Positions 1 to 12,489 are shown, counted from the first letter of the whole stretch. The stretch is 63,548 bases of DNA, filler included, from Jimgerdemannia flammicorona (GCA_003990765.1; 3 parts of 3 records of this genome joined end to end with filler, not necessarily neighbours in it); one strand, 5' to 3'. Numbers and translations are program-made. The notes: generated by a model not told the origin, from the letters alone.

Positions 1-707
1 CCCCCAAAAAAAAAAAAAAGCGACCTTGGAGACGCTTCTCGCCTCTCGCCAACTGACCTTGCACAATACCACCCCCGTCTTACGCCGAGATCGGCAATGA
101 TCTGCGCGCCCCCGTCCTGCGTCGACGATGCGTCTTCCGCTACATATACACCATGACCGTCCGCCATTGGTCGCCGTCGCGACATGACTCCCCGACTGGA
201 GACGCACATTGCCCGACAGGGAACGATGGGCCTTGATGATACCTGACCTGGTCATCGCCACTCATCCACCAGAACACGGAGCCCTCCTCGATCCGTTTTG
301 CTTCCGGACAATCGAGCTGCTCACCCGGCGGCCGACAACATGTTCTAATTACCTCCTTGCTGTGTGTCGTCGTCGACTGGGCCTTGGGTCGCTAAGCGCC
401 AATATACGATGGATGATGACACAGGCAATCAACGCGTGTCAAAAGGACCAATCTTATTACGTTACCACCAAGATGGCTGTGACCAAGATGTCGACAGCGG
501 CGGGCGCGACAGTGTTGGAGGCTCCTGCAGTGCAAAATCTAAATATTGTATAATTCACTCCTTCTCATCAAATAATCAATAAATCTCAAAATCTCAACTG
601 GCATCAGTACCTGTGCCATACATTTGAGTACCTCTATCACACATCCAAGTATATGCAAATTATGCCATGTGCGGAATGTAGTTTATAATGAGTGTCTCCC
701 ACAAACC

Positions 708-2057
708 TCAAATCCTCGCCCTCACTTCCTCATCGAACGGATACTCCTCCCTAACCTTCCCCTCCACATACACCCTTATCTGCTCCCCTGTTAGCTTCGG
801 CCTCCACCCGGCGCCGCCCCACCCACTCCTCTGTCTCCTCTCCACCTCCTGGACCAGCCACAACACACCGCGACAGTATGGGACGTCATCCCCCTTCCCT
901 ATTTCATCTGCCAACCTGACAATCTCGCCGTTGAGGTCCCCGATCTCTGTTGGCTTGCCGTTGACGAAATCATCAGCCATGGATGAGCCAGCCCCGGGCT
1001 TGATGCCAATGACGTTGCGGAACAGCAGGACGCACACGAAATCCGGAAGGGAGAGCATGTAGGGCATGAACTCGGTCGGGAAGCCCCAGACCGGAAGGCT
1101 AACGATCCCAGCTGCGAAGTAGACGGATAGGGCTTCGGTGATGCAGCGGGACCAGATATGGCGGTAGGAGCGTTGGGAGAGTTCGGCGAGGAGGCCAATG
1201 CCACTTAGGGCGTTGATGGCCTGAGGGATATTGAATAAGGATGGTGATGTGAGTAGAATGAATCAAATACGAAACCTACCCTCTCAAAACGATAATTAAT
1301 TAAAACGCTTACATTATTCAAATTAGTCGCAATCTTCCCATATAATACCCCGGTAATATTCCCCGATACCTGTATAACAATTCCGGCCTCTCGTAGCGCC
1401 AGTGCCATGGGCTCGGTCTTGGCAGACTGCTCGATGTACAGAGTGCCCCCAGACCCTTGGCAAAAGCGAGACCCGTCCTCGGGTGAGATGGTGACGTTAA
1501 AAGGGACCATGCCGCCGAGGACGAGATTACCCGGAACCAGAGTGCGGATTAAGTCAGGATTGCGGGCGCCGTTTTGAATGCTGATGAACTGGGCCGGCGG
1601 AGGAGAGGAAGGGTAGGGATGAGATTCGGGTATTATCCCATTATGTTACCGTTGAACAAATGCTTACCACTGTCTTTTCATCAAACCGCAAATCGCCTAA
1701 CTCCTTGAATGCTGCTTGGACCTGCGGACCCTTTAACGTGACAAGTACGTAATCCGGGTCAAAGGCGATCAAGTCTTGAAGGTCTGTCACGAACGAGACC
1801 TTATCCGCCGGGATTGAGATGGTTGGACGGTTAACGGGGACGACTGTGAGAGCGCCTGCGTTGCGGATAAGGTTCTGTACACGCTGACGACCGACAAATA
1901 AGACTTCGTGGGCACCCGTGTGGAGGAGCTGGGCCTGCCGAAGGATGGTGGATTGTTAGTGGTGGGACAAGGCGCGCGCGGGGAAATACTGGGAGTACTG
2001 ACAACGTACCCCGAAGAAGCAACCAATGTTACCGGCCCCAAAGACGGCGATTTTCAT
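708..2057 (-). CDS. panE: 2-dehydropantoate 2-reductase (ketopantoate reductase, ApbA/PanE family), 4 exons: 2010-2057, 1668-1934, 1313-1588, 708-1220; 367 aa
   Basis: Manual splicing of three phase-0 GT-AG introns (1935-2009 gtacgt..cag, 1589-1667 gtaagc..cag, 1221-1312 gtaagc..cag) gives an open frame. It contains MKIAVFGAGNIGCFFG (Rossmann), DYVLVTLKG, FISIQNG, GMVPFNV, YGKIATNLNNAINALSG and SSMADDFVNGKPTEIGDLNGEIVRLA. Confidence 0.93.
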
Positions 2058-2567
2058 TGTTTGAGCGGAAAGGAGGGAGAAGGGCGCTTCAGTATCAATT
2101 GTTGACAAATCGGATTTTTATGACCCAATAAGGAGCGGTGTTCAAAAGCCGCAGACATTGGTGAGCTCGTTATCGGAATCGGTCGTAATCGCAAACTGAA
2201 AGGCCACAAGACCTTGAACGTTGAGCCTATTCCAAATACCAACTCCTCGTATCGCGGGTTTGGGCTCGTAATACGATGTGCTATACGGAGAGGCCAAGAT
2301 TCCGTATCCTGTAAGGTTTGGCGTATAACTCACGGGTCTACCAAGCTCCAGCCCTCCGCTTCAAGGCGTTGTTGCCACAAAGTTGCCTCGACGACGATGG
2401 AAGACTGTTGTAATATTTTCGCGGCTCCGACAACGCTGAACTACAGAAACCATTGCCCTGGATTGAAAGGGCTTGAGCTGCGCCGCACATCTCACGTGAC
2501 GATGTATTGTCAAAAGAACTCTTAGTCCCTGCGCACGGCCGCTTTCAACAACGCTTGGCAATTGACA

Positions 2568-3791
2568 ATGACACGTATGTCACGTATGTTGCCAGAGATC
2601 CTTCGCGAGATATTCCGCTACCTCCAGTCATCCGAACTCGACCTCATAGCCGCCTCCCTCGCATGTAAATCCTGGTACTTTGAGGCCCGCCCGCTCGTCA
2701 ACGACGGCGCCCTTCGGTTTCTGAACCTACGCAGTCACAGGGTCGCATGCCGGCACCTTGACGCGGACGTAGAATACCTCCAGCGTCTTTCATCTCTCCT
2801 TACCGAATCCCGACGGCTGCGCCTGGGATACTGCGACCTGGGGTACCGGAGATACTGCGACCTGGTGGAGGAGATTCGGATCTTGCCGTCCATCATGAAC
2901 GAGAAGGTGCAGAGCGGTGCGGATGCTATCCACCGTGTGGTGAAGCTGAGGCCGGCGAACTTGCACCGGATTTGCATCGGTTTCCGGAACCAGGACACGG
3001 CCCCGTACCGCGACTGCGTGATGCGGCTCCTGGACCACATCCGCGCGCTCGGTCAGACTATCACCTCCGTCGCTCTTGGCTCCGTCAGCTTGCCCGTCAA
3101 GTCCGGCCAGCAGACACACGAGATCTGCTTGGGGGTCCTCGACCGCTTCAAGGACGACATACACGAAGTTTCGCTTAATGGTGTCCAGCTCGATTACCCG
3201 ATCCAGCATGCACTGGCGCAGTGCCACAGCGTCGAACGCCTCGCCCTCCGCGATGGCCTCCCGCCCTCCTCCGACCCACCGGCTCCGGCGACGGAAAATC
3301 TTGTGACGCGATTTGCCGACGCATTTCCTCACCTCACACGGCTGATCTTTTATATGCGGGTCGGGCGCGGTGACCGGGTGACGGGAGCGCAGCTGCGGGA
3401 CCTGATGACGCGGTGCCCCAAACTGCGGGAGCTGCGGTTGGAGGTAGACGAGACGGTGGACGACGAGTGCGTGAGATTTTTGGCGCAGACGGCGCGGAAT
3501 CTGGTCGAATTGCACCTTTCCAAGTGTACTGGCGTGCGTGGTGAGGACGAGTGGAGTGAAGGGGATATTAGGTGGAGGGAGCTGAAGAGATTGCATATTG
3601 CGGATGCAACAGGCGTGGCGGTGTCGTTTGTGGAGCAGGTGCTGCGCGTATGTCAGAAGCTAGAGAATGTGCTTCTGTCGAAGTATGATGAGGGACTAGA
3701 AGCGAAGTTTGAGGAGTATGGGTATCAGTATAGCATTGAAGAAATGAGTTGGAAAATTGATAGGTCGATACCTGTCACTGACATTCAGTGA
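2568..3791 (+). CDS. F-box / leucine-rich-repeat (RNI-like) protein
   Basis: N-terminal F-box LPEILREIFRYL..DLIAASLACKSWYFEA and C-terminal LRRs (CPKLRELRL..VDDECV, ARNLVELHLSKCTGV, CQKLENVLL). First ATG is at 2568. CpG-rich open frame. Confidence 0.85.
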   Translation: MTRMSRMLPEILREIFRYLQSSELDLIAASLACKSWYFEARPLVNDGALRFLNLRSHRVACRHLDADVEYLQRLSSLLTESRRLRLGYCDLGYRRYCDLVEEIRILPSIMNEKVQSGADAIHRVVKLRPANLHRICIGFRNQDTAPYRDCVMRLLDHIRALGQTITSVALGSVSLPVKSGQQTHEICLGVLDRFKDDIHEVSLNGVQLDYPIQHALAQCHSVERLALRDGLPPSSDPPAPATENLVTRFADAFPHLTRLIFYMRVGRGDRVTGAQLRDLMTRCPKLRELRLEVDETVDDECVRFLAQTARNLVELHLSKCTGVRGEDEWSEGDIRWRELKRLHIADATGVAVSFVEQVLRVCQKLENVLLSKYDEGLEAKFEEYGYQYSIEEMSWKIDRSIPVTDIQ

Positions 3792-5067
3792 ATATTCGGA
3801 ACTTGGACATACGCCACCCGCTTATTTATTGTTATTATATCTATTGTATTTTTGGTCATTAAACCTTTGTCTAACATTGAAAATATAGCGTCGTCTATTT
3901 GCTAAATCAATTCGCAGAATAAAAAACAGACATTTCTCATGACCTGAACACATATTTCATCCTCTCAGGGTTGCGGATGCCATTAGGCCAACTGCTATCT
4001 TGTTTTTGAGGCACCATAGGCATTATTGTACAGATGACCTCAGATTTGAGTATAATGAGCTTATTTTTCTGAGTGTTTATTCTTGTTTAGAATATGGTCT
4101 ATGTATAGTGAGATTACAATGAGATATTGCCCAAGACAGTGGTGTTGGATATGATGTCAGTGTTGAATGATTCATTCATCAGGTGGGGTTTTATTTATTT
4201 TAATTTAGAGTCTACTAATCAAGTTATAAATTTTGCTTTATCTTAATACTTTCTTACCAGTTATAAGATTTGGTAGACAATCTTCCAAGTCCACTTTTCA
4301 CAATTTATACCCCCTCTATCTCAGGTTGGTTTGCTGTATCTGTTGTAAAGTAGTGAGAGAGAGATAATAATGATAAGTTGCCTCTTTATCAGTATCAGAT
4401 CAGTATCTACTCTACTTTTTTATAATTTCTGGTATCTTCAGCTATATCTGGGATATACTTATTTTAGTATAGCACTTTCTTCTTTTTGTCATCATCAACA
4501 AGATATCATCTGATATGTATATCACAGACTATATATGGAGTTGGCCAACCTTGAGGTTACCTGTAGATCTTCAGTACTTATGGTAAGGCCCTCTGAGCTT
4601 TGGTAAGCTTCCTAGTGAGTGCAGTTCTGGTATAAGTGATTACTTTTTTAGTAGAGTTGAGATAGAAGAGAAGATGCCTGTTACAGATAAGAGAAAAGAC
4701 AATTATAGTAAACCAGTAGAGTATCAGACTGGGAGCAGTTATCAGGACTGGACTGGGTACTGCATCAGTGGGGCCTTCTGATTGGTGTAGAGTAGTTAGT
4801 TGATAGGTGTCACTCTTGACTACTTTTGGCAATTTATGGAGTTGAGCTCCAGTTGTTGGGATAGTTGGAGGGTCCAAGACTACCCAGATCAGGTATCTTG
4901 GCTGCACTCAACTAGAACTAGGAGCTAATATGATAATATAATTGAGATCTGTAGGCTTGAGTAGTAGGATATTGGGGGTCTCCTCTCACCTCATATGTAA
5001 GTTCTTTACTCATCTTATTGGAGAGAACCAAGTCCTATCTACTATTTTATACTTTGAGAAGAGTTTT

Positions 5068-5532
5068 TGTAATGGTTCTAGTTTCTTTAAGAGGAAGCAG
5101 CTAAATCTAGAAGTTCTAGTTAACCTAAAGTAGCTTGAAGAGATACTTAAAGGTTTAAGTATTCTTGAAGAATTTCTGGAAGAAAAATATTCTGAGCTTT
5201 ATTCAGATAGAGAATAAGGATATTTATACATGATCTGAAAGAAAGATCCAGAAGGATCTTGGAAAGAAAGAGAAATGCCAAGAAATAGATTCTTGGCAAA
5301 GCTGACTAATACTATTCTACAATGTTTCAAAAGGTTCTATAACTAGCTAAGATAAGATACTTGGTGCCAAGAAAAGACAAGAATGTTCTAGTAGTATCTG
5401 GGTACCAAAAGAAGGTTTCTAAGTAAGTAGAAGATAGCAGAACATAGTAGAATGTTCAAGAAATGATAAGAAAAGACTAACTAAAAGATACGAAAATATA
5501 CTAAGACTAAATATGACTGTGAAATTGTTACA
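5068..5532 (-). repeat. 3' LTR of element A
   Basis: TG...CA ends, direct repeat of 10696-11156, adjacent polypurine tract. Confidence 0.95.
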
Positions 5533-5869
5533 TCTCTCCCTCCTTAAGAACTAATATCCTCGTTGAGTTCTTAGATAACATAAGATTAGATATACTTAAC
5601 CAAAATTTCTCAAACTTATATTAATACATTGGTAGGGATTGGCTATCTTTATATAGAATAGAGGGTCTATTACTAGACTAACCAACTGAGAGAAGTTCAA
5701 ACCTAGCTAATAGCTTCATTTTGGTAGACTTCTTGTTTATTAAATGTTCTGCTAATTCTGGGGTCCCAAAGTAAACTTCCAATATATAAGGTACTAATCT
5801 TTGCCATAGGTTGTCAATAATCCAAAGAAGTCACTACAGGGATTGGGCAATGTATTTTGCCTCAAAGTC

Positions 5870-8800
5870 TTGAACTAGGTCTTGGGAGTTCTTGAGATTG
5901 ATCAGTGATTCCCAGGTAGTATCATATTCAGAATAACTCATCTACTTGACTAAGTATTCAGGACAGTGGCAGTGGATTCATTTGTCAAGAATTTTCTCAG
6001 CTTTATACTTGATATAGTCTTCAATAATCACAGGGACAGAAGGCTTAAGAATTTGACCAGAGTAGGGTAGTAACTGGTTCCAGGTCTTGAGGTGTGACAC
6101 ATAAAAGACTGGATATACTCTCATGGTTTCAGATAGCTTGAGGTGGTAGGAGGATGCAGAAATCTGTTCAGTGATCTCAAAAGGTCCAATATACTTAGGT
6201 TGGAACTTGTTTGAAGGGCAGTTGACTTGAGATTGTATCTTGAGGTTCTCAGTAGATAGTAGGACTTGATCTCTAATAGTATAAGTAACATCATAGTATT
6301 TCTTGTCATATACTTGACTTGATGCTATTGAGCCTTCTGAAGATTTATGGTAGCAATCTTGAGTAGTTCATCTATTTTGTCTATAAGGTTCTTAGTGGTT
6401 GGGACTTATATTTGACTGGTTTTCTTGAAAGAGAATAGACTTGCAGAGATCTTGAGATCTTGACCATGGAGTAACTGAAAAGGGAAAAAACCAGTAGATG
6501 ATTGGATGACATTGTTGTATACAAACTCTACATAAATTAGATAGTGGTCCCAATTATCTTATTCATAAGAAATATAGTTTCTAAGTATTTGTTCTAGAGT
6601 TCTGTTCATGTGCTCAGTTTGTCCATCAGTTTGTGGGTGAAAGGTAGTAGATATGGCCAATTGGGTTCCCAGAGTCTTGAAGAGAGTTTGCCAGAAATGA
6701 CTGATGAACTTGGGGTCATGATCACTAACAATTACTTATAGTAGGCCATAGTGATAGAAGATAGACTTGAAGAAGATTCTTGCAATCTCAGGTACAGTAG
6801 TATTGATAGTAGTTGGTTCAGTAACCATAGTCTTGGTCAGGTAGTTAATGAATATGACAATAGCATCAGTACCAAATTGAGTTCATAGTAGTTAAGTTAC
6901 AAAGTCCATGGTGACTTATTCAAACTTTTTGGTAGGAATTGGCAGTGATTGTAGTAAACCAGCAGGTGCTTAGTTAGTAGACTTGTTGTACTGACATAGA
7001 TCACAGCTGGCAATATAGTTCTTGATTTCCTTGACTATGTTTGACCAATAGTAGTAGTATTGGATGTTCTTAACAGTCTTCTCAATTTCCAGATGACTGG
7101 CAAGAGGGGAGTTATAGTATTCTTACAAAACCTTATAGCATAGGTTTATGTTTTCAGGTAGGTAGACTTGATCTTGATGGTAGATCAGGTTATTCTCAAC
7201 AATATATATATTCTTGAGCTTGTTTGAGAAAACTCTAGTAGCAACTGTGTCTTCTTTGTAAGCTTGTCTGATTTGGTCTAGAAATTCTGATACCAAGGTG
7301 ACTTGTATGATTGTGGTGAGGTCTGGGTATCTTGATAAGGCATCTGATACTATAAGTGTCTTGTCAAACTTATAGATGATCATCAGATTGAAGGTTTGAA
7401 GCTTGAGGCTCCACTTGGCTTATAGATATAATAGGGTAGATTGGATATTGATATATTTGAGAGATTGATAATCAGTGATAACATCAAACTCAACATCTTC
7501 TAGATAGTATTGCTAGTGGTCTAGTATATATATTATTGCCAGTAGTTTCTTCTCATGAGTGACTAGCTTTTGTTTAGCTGGGGCCAGCTTATGAGACTCA
7601 AAAGCAATAGGGCAATGTTTTTTGCCATCATCTTGTAACAGGACTGCTCCAATGGCAAAATTTGATGCATCAGTAGTGACTATGAATTTTAGGCCTTGAT
7701 CTATATTATATAGGACTGGAGCATAGGTCAGGTAGTTCTTGAGTTCTTGAAAGACTTGTTAACAGAAGAGGTTCCAAGTATAGGGTACATAATGGTCTGA
7801 GTGCAGGGCCTTCCTCATGAGGTTGGTCAGTGGCTCAATAATACTAGAGAAGTTTCTGACAAAGCAGTAGTAATAGCCAGCTAGACTAAGGAAGAATCAG
7901 AGTTCTGTAAGATTCGATGAAATGGGCCATTCTTCAATTGCTTCTATCTTGTATTGATCTACTTGAATTTCTTATACAGAGACAATGTGGCCAAGGAATT
8001 TGACTTGTTCCTTAAAGAATTCACACTTCTTGAGCTTAGTATAAAGCTTGTGTTTTTGTAGGATCTCCAAGACTATTTAAATATATTTGAGGTATTCTTC
8101 TTTAGTTGCACTAAAGATCAGAATATTGTTAAGATATACCAATAGAAAAATAAATAGTTAGTTCTTGAATATCTTATTCATTAGGTCTGGAATGTGGTGG
8201 ATGCATTGGTGAGACTAAATGCTAAGACCAGAAATTCATAGAGTCCAAAGGGGGTCATGAATGCAATCTTGGGAATGTCTTCTGACTTGATTTGAATCTG
8301 GTGATATCCTGACATGAGGTCTAACTTAGTGAAGTACTTGGCATTCTTGAGAGCATCAAAGATTTGATCAATCAAGGATAGTAGATAGTGGTTCTTGACA
8401 GTGAGTTTATTGAGTACACAATAGTCTATATATATTTACAAAGTACCATTCTTCTTCTTGATGAATAAGACTGGTGAGCTATAAGGAGATTTGCTTAGCT
8501 GATTGGCTCTTCATGTAAGTAGTTCTTCTAGTTCCTTCTTGACTGCTTCAATTTTGAGTAGTGATATATAGTACATGTGTTTCTTAGATGGTATAGCTTC
8601 TGGGATCAGTTCAATTTCATGATCAACTTCTTGTGTAGGTGGTAGACCAGATAGCTTGTCTGGAAAGACATCCTTGAATTCTTCTAGTAGTAGCTTAATA
8701 CTTTCATTGACTGATAATCTCTTGTCTTGTTTCTTGGGGCAGATCATTACAATAAAGACATGCATTGTCTTCTTGAGTACTTTTTTATACTATATGGCTG

Positions 8801-10602
8801 ACAGTATTACAATCTGGGTCTTGCTCATAGTATTGTCTGTCTTGATTATAATATTAGCTCTATCTTGAAATAGAGTAACTTCATTCTTACACCAATCAAT
8901 ATCTGGATTGTGTTTCATAAGCCAGGGTTTTCTTAAGATCAGGTCATGATCTCCTAGTAGTGCAACCTCAAAGTCTACTTGTTCCTAATATTTCTGGATC
9001 TTGATGGGTAGTTTGATAGCAATTGACTTAATGGAGTACAGAGTACCATCTGCAGTAACTATACTATTGTTCTTGGGTATAGGCTTGGTAAGGATCTTGA
9101 GGCTTTTGATGAGGTTCTGATTGATGAAGTTTCCTACAGCTCTGCTGTCTATGAGTACTTGAACTTCTTTTCCTTTGATAGGTCTTTGAAAATGAGCATA
9201 GCTTGAGCTCAATTTTTACTAAGACTTGCTGCTTGATCAGTGCTACTAAAACCTTTTTGATCTCATTTGGTTTCAGAGAGTTCTTGGACTTCTATAATCT
9301 TGAGTTGACTGGCTTTTTCTAGGATCATTTGCATGACTTGATCTCCTTTCTTGATTGTGTAGTCTTAATCCTTTTGATTAATAAGTAGAACTTGAACTTG
9401 TCCTCAAAAGTCTGGGTCAATGACATCAGTGCCTATATCTAAATGATGTTTGATACTGAGTCCTGATTGTAGTACAATTCTGGCATAATGTCCTTTAAGA
9501 CATTGAACTGTAATTCCAGTAGGCACCAAAGTTCAGCTCTTGGCTAGAATAGTGACTTGTTTGACTGAGTATAGGTCAAGACCAATGGCTTCTTCTGTTT
9601 GATATTGAGGGGTCTGGGTCTTTAGATAAAGCTTCTTGACCTTGAGCTCAGATTGACTGGTAGTGGGGTTGATAGATATATCCTTGGACAATATGGTAAC
9701 TGGTCTTGAGGATTCACTATTCTTCCTAGGACATTTGGTTGCAATATGTCCTATTTGGTGATAGAAGAAACAGACTCTGAATTTCTTCAGACAGTCCTTT
9801 TCTTCAGGGGTGAGCTTCATGTTCTTTTTGTTCATGGTATCTAGGTCTATTAGTGCTGGACCAACTATCCTTGGTTGGTTCTTGTGGTGGTTCTCAAATT
9901 AGTTCTTCTTGCAGTATTCTGGTTCAAAGTAGTTGTTAAAGGTGATGACATCAAACCTATTGGCAATTTTTGTAGCTTCATCAAGGTTTTTGCTTGTGTG
10001 TTTTCCTTCAGACCTCAGACACAGTGGTCTATCTTTTTATCCTCAGATATCACTGATAGCTTGAGTAGGATTGACAGGAATTGTGTATTATAGCTTTGCA
10101 CAGACTTGAGTTACTTGATGTTCACTAGCTTGTCTCTGGCTAGTTTAGTGGCATTAGCAGGCTTGAACTGCTTGTGAAGGGCTCTCTTGAAGGCTTTCCA
10201 GTCTCTGATTTATATATATGAGTGTACAGAGGTAACTATAATATGATTGTACTACCAGATAGCTACATTTCCTCAGAGAAGTATGGCAGCAAATTGGACT
10301 TGTATATTGTCTTCCATTCTTGTGAGCTTGAAGTATTGGTCCAACTAGAAGATCCATGTATCTGTAGATAGTCCTCCTTGATAGCTGTTGAAGGTATCTG
10401 GCTTGAGTGACTTGAAACTGACTAGTGCTATAGCAGAATATGATGTATCTGCAGTTTGTGTTTTCTGCTATTCTAGTTGTACTTGAAGTTCTTGGATTTG
10501 GTGGGTCATAGCATTGATCATATCCTCTATACTGAGTTGCTGTTCTTCTGCTTCTTCTATAGCAGAGAGGTCTGGCTGATAGACTAACTCTTTATAGCTC
10601 AT
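5870..10602 (-). pseudogene. Element A gag-pol with many stops and frameshifts; dUTPase about 9236-9645; chromodomain about 5870-6020
   Basis: ATG at 10602 (MSYKELV..KPDTFN). dUTPase motifs AIGLDLYS, TLVPTGI, VIDPDF*G and KGFSST. RT, RH and INT fragments appear in the ORF track. Confidence 0.9.
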
Positions 10603-10695
10603 TTTGGATTTGTGTGACTATTTGTAACTAGTTCTGAATTCATGTGAGGTTTCTTAATAAGACAAGGTATAACAACACTACTGCTACCAAGTACA

Positions 10696-11156
10696 TATAA
10701 CAGTTCTAGTTTCTTTAAGAGAAAGTAGCTAAATATGGAAGTTCTAGTTGGTCTAAAGTAGCTCAAAGAGATACTTAAAGGTTTAAGTATTCTTGAAGAA
10801 TTTCTGGGAGAAAAATATTCTAAGCTTTATTCAGGCAGAGAATAAGAATATTTATACATAATCTAAAAGAAAGATCTGGAAGAATCTTAGAAAGAGAAAT
10901 GCCAAGAAATAGGTTCTTGGCAAAGCTGACTAATACTATTCTACAATGTTCCAAAAGGTTCCATGACTAGCTAAGACAAGATACTTAGTGCTAAGAAAAG
11001 ACAAGAATGTTCTAGTAGTGTCTAGGTACTAAGAGAAGGTTTCTAAGCAAGTAGAAGGTAACAGAACATAGTAGAATGTTCAAGAAATAATAAGAAAAGA
11101 CTAACTAAAAGATGTGAAAATGTACTAAGACTAAATATAACTGTAAAATTGTTACA
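10696..11156 (-). repeat. 5' LTR of element A
   Basis: Aligns end to end with 5068-5532. On + the left terminus TGT has decayed to TAT. Confidence 0.95.
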
Positions 11157-11642
11157 GTTTTTCTTTATCTATTACTCTCTTTGTAGTAGCAAGAGCTATA
11201 CAAATCAGCTTAGACATGACCTTATATATATATTGGAGTTTCAGATATATATCTAAAGTATATGTTTATTACTCTTTAGTAGTAGGAAGAGTATAGTATA
11301 CAGAATGAGATATAGGCAACTTTGCTCTATTGTACTTGATATAGTTGAGCTACTGGATAATAGCTAGCCTAGATTTAATAGAGATATAGTACTTGATGGA
11401 TAGTGGGGGAGGGTTTTGGCCTATATAGTATAATGGTGACCCCAGAATGATGACATCAGCACAAGAGACAGCCTTTCCTTGCAAGCTACCAGATCGGAGT
11501 ACAGAAGATCATATAGCATACAAGATGAGCAATAATAACTAACTGTGAGTCATTGTAACCACAGCACAAGCATCTTGAGGAATATAAAAGAAGGATCAAG
11601 GAACCACAGTAGTAGTAACCAACAAGACTCACTAATCCCAAA

Positions 11643-12479
11643 ATAGCTCAAAGACTTACTACAAATGAAATACCTGCTGCCCACCAAACCTCAAGGTCAA
11701 GGAACTACCAAGGCACCTCAGTCAAAGAAAGGATATTTCAAGACATCAGAAGAGCTATGAGGACCTGCTCAAGAAGGACTCCTAGTGTCGACCTGGGTAC
11801 TACAGACCCTTATCACTTTATTCTCTACTGCCGTGAAATGGAAACAAGGATTACCATTACTACTGAATGCCTCCAAATGTAGCAGGAGTACAAAATAAGA
11901 AACCTCCTCTGCTGGGAGTTTCCACAGGCCAGCCCTCAAGAGCTACAAGATGCCACTCCTATGGATATATATGAGGTAAGGACAGCTAAAAAGATCCATC
12001 AGATCTTCAGGCATGTATCATAGTTGATCCCCAACTTGGAGTATGTTAGAGTCTCAGATTTCAGAGACCTATCATCCCACCATATCAATGCACTAGAAGC
12101 CAGAGTGGCTATAGAAGCCCAGTCCACTATCACCCTCAATAGTAATGAAGTAGAAGACTTCTGGCACCCCATCCTCCAAGACAACCCAGACTAATTCCTG
12201 CAAGGATTGATCTCAGTATTCCAAGGTCCAAGCATCTGGGTTAGATCTCTCCAAGACCTCACATTTGTCCTCTATTTTGTGGAAGAGAACCTCATAGACT
12301 GGAGAGCCCCAGACCTCCTTCCCGCTGCTGAATATAATGACATCATCAGCAATGACATCATCCCACATGACATTGAAGTACGTGAAAATGATGAATTCAT
12401 GGATCTCATCTCCTTTGAAGATATCCTGACCTCTGATGACGAGGATGAAGCCCCCATAGTTCTAAGATTTCTGCTCTAA
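11643..12479 (+). pseudogene. LTR-embedded ORF of element B, 278 codons, unknown protein (second copy 18881-19717)
   Basis: Only 3 stops and no frameshift in 278 codons. TATAAAA lies at 11583-11589. The frame is preserved in both LTRs. The start is ATA in both copies, inferred to be a decayed ATG. Confidence 0.7.
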
Positions 12480-12489
12480 GTTCCTTGTT

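Larger units (their letters stand above)
5068..11156 (-). mobile_element. Ty3/gypsy chromovirus-type LTR retrotransposon A (gag-CCHC-dUTPase-PR-RT-RH-INT-chromodomain), decayed
   Basis: Paired LTRs of about 465 bp and a 5-bp TSD GTTTT (5063-5067 / 11157-11161). PPT aaggagggagaga next to 5532 and PBS-like TGGTAGCAG near 10681-10689 (minus). Motifs CFFYHQIGHIATKCP, VLIDSRAVGNFI, FTKLDLMSGYHQI, VSDALSR and EYLVK..YSEYDTTWES. Confidence 0.95.

Noticed and set aside
21..582. ORFs 209-553 and 364-582 as genes
   Set aside because: CpG-rich and possibly the tail of an upstream gene, but they have non-ATG starts, no recognisable motif and no consistent exon.
2790..3596. 268-aa minus-strand ORF
   Set aside because: Antisense shadow of the GC-rich F-box/LRR gene.
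9180..9215. Programmed frameshift between dUTPase and protease in element A
   Set aside because: Best explained by a single-base loss in MLIFK(G)PIKG. The element has other random frameshifts.
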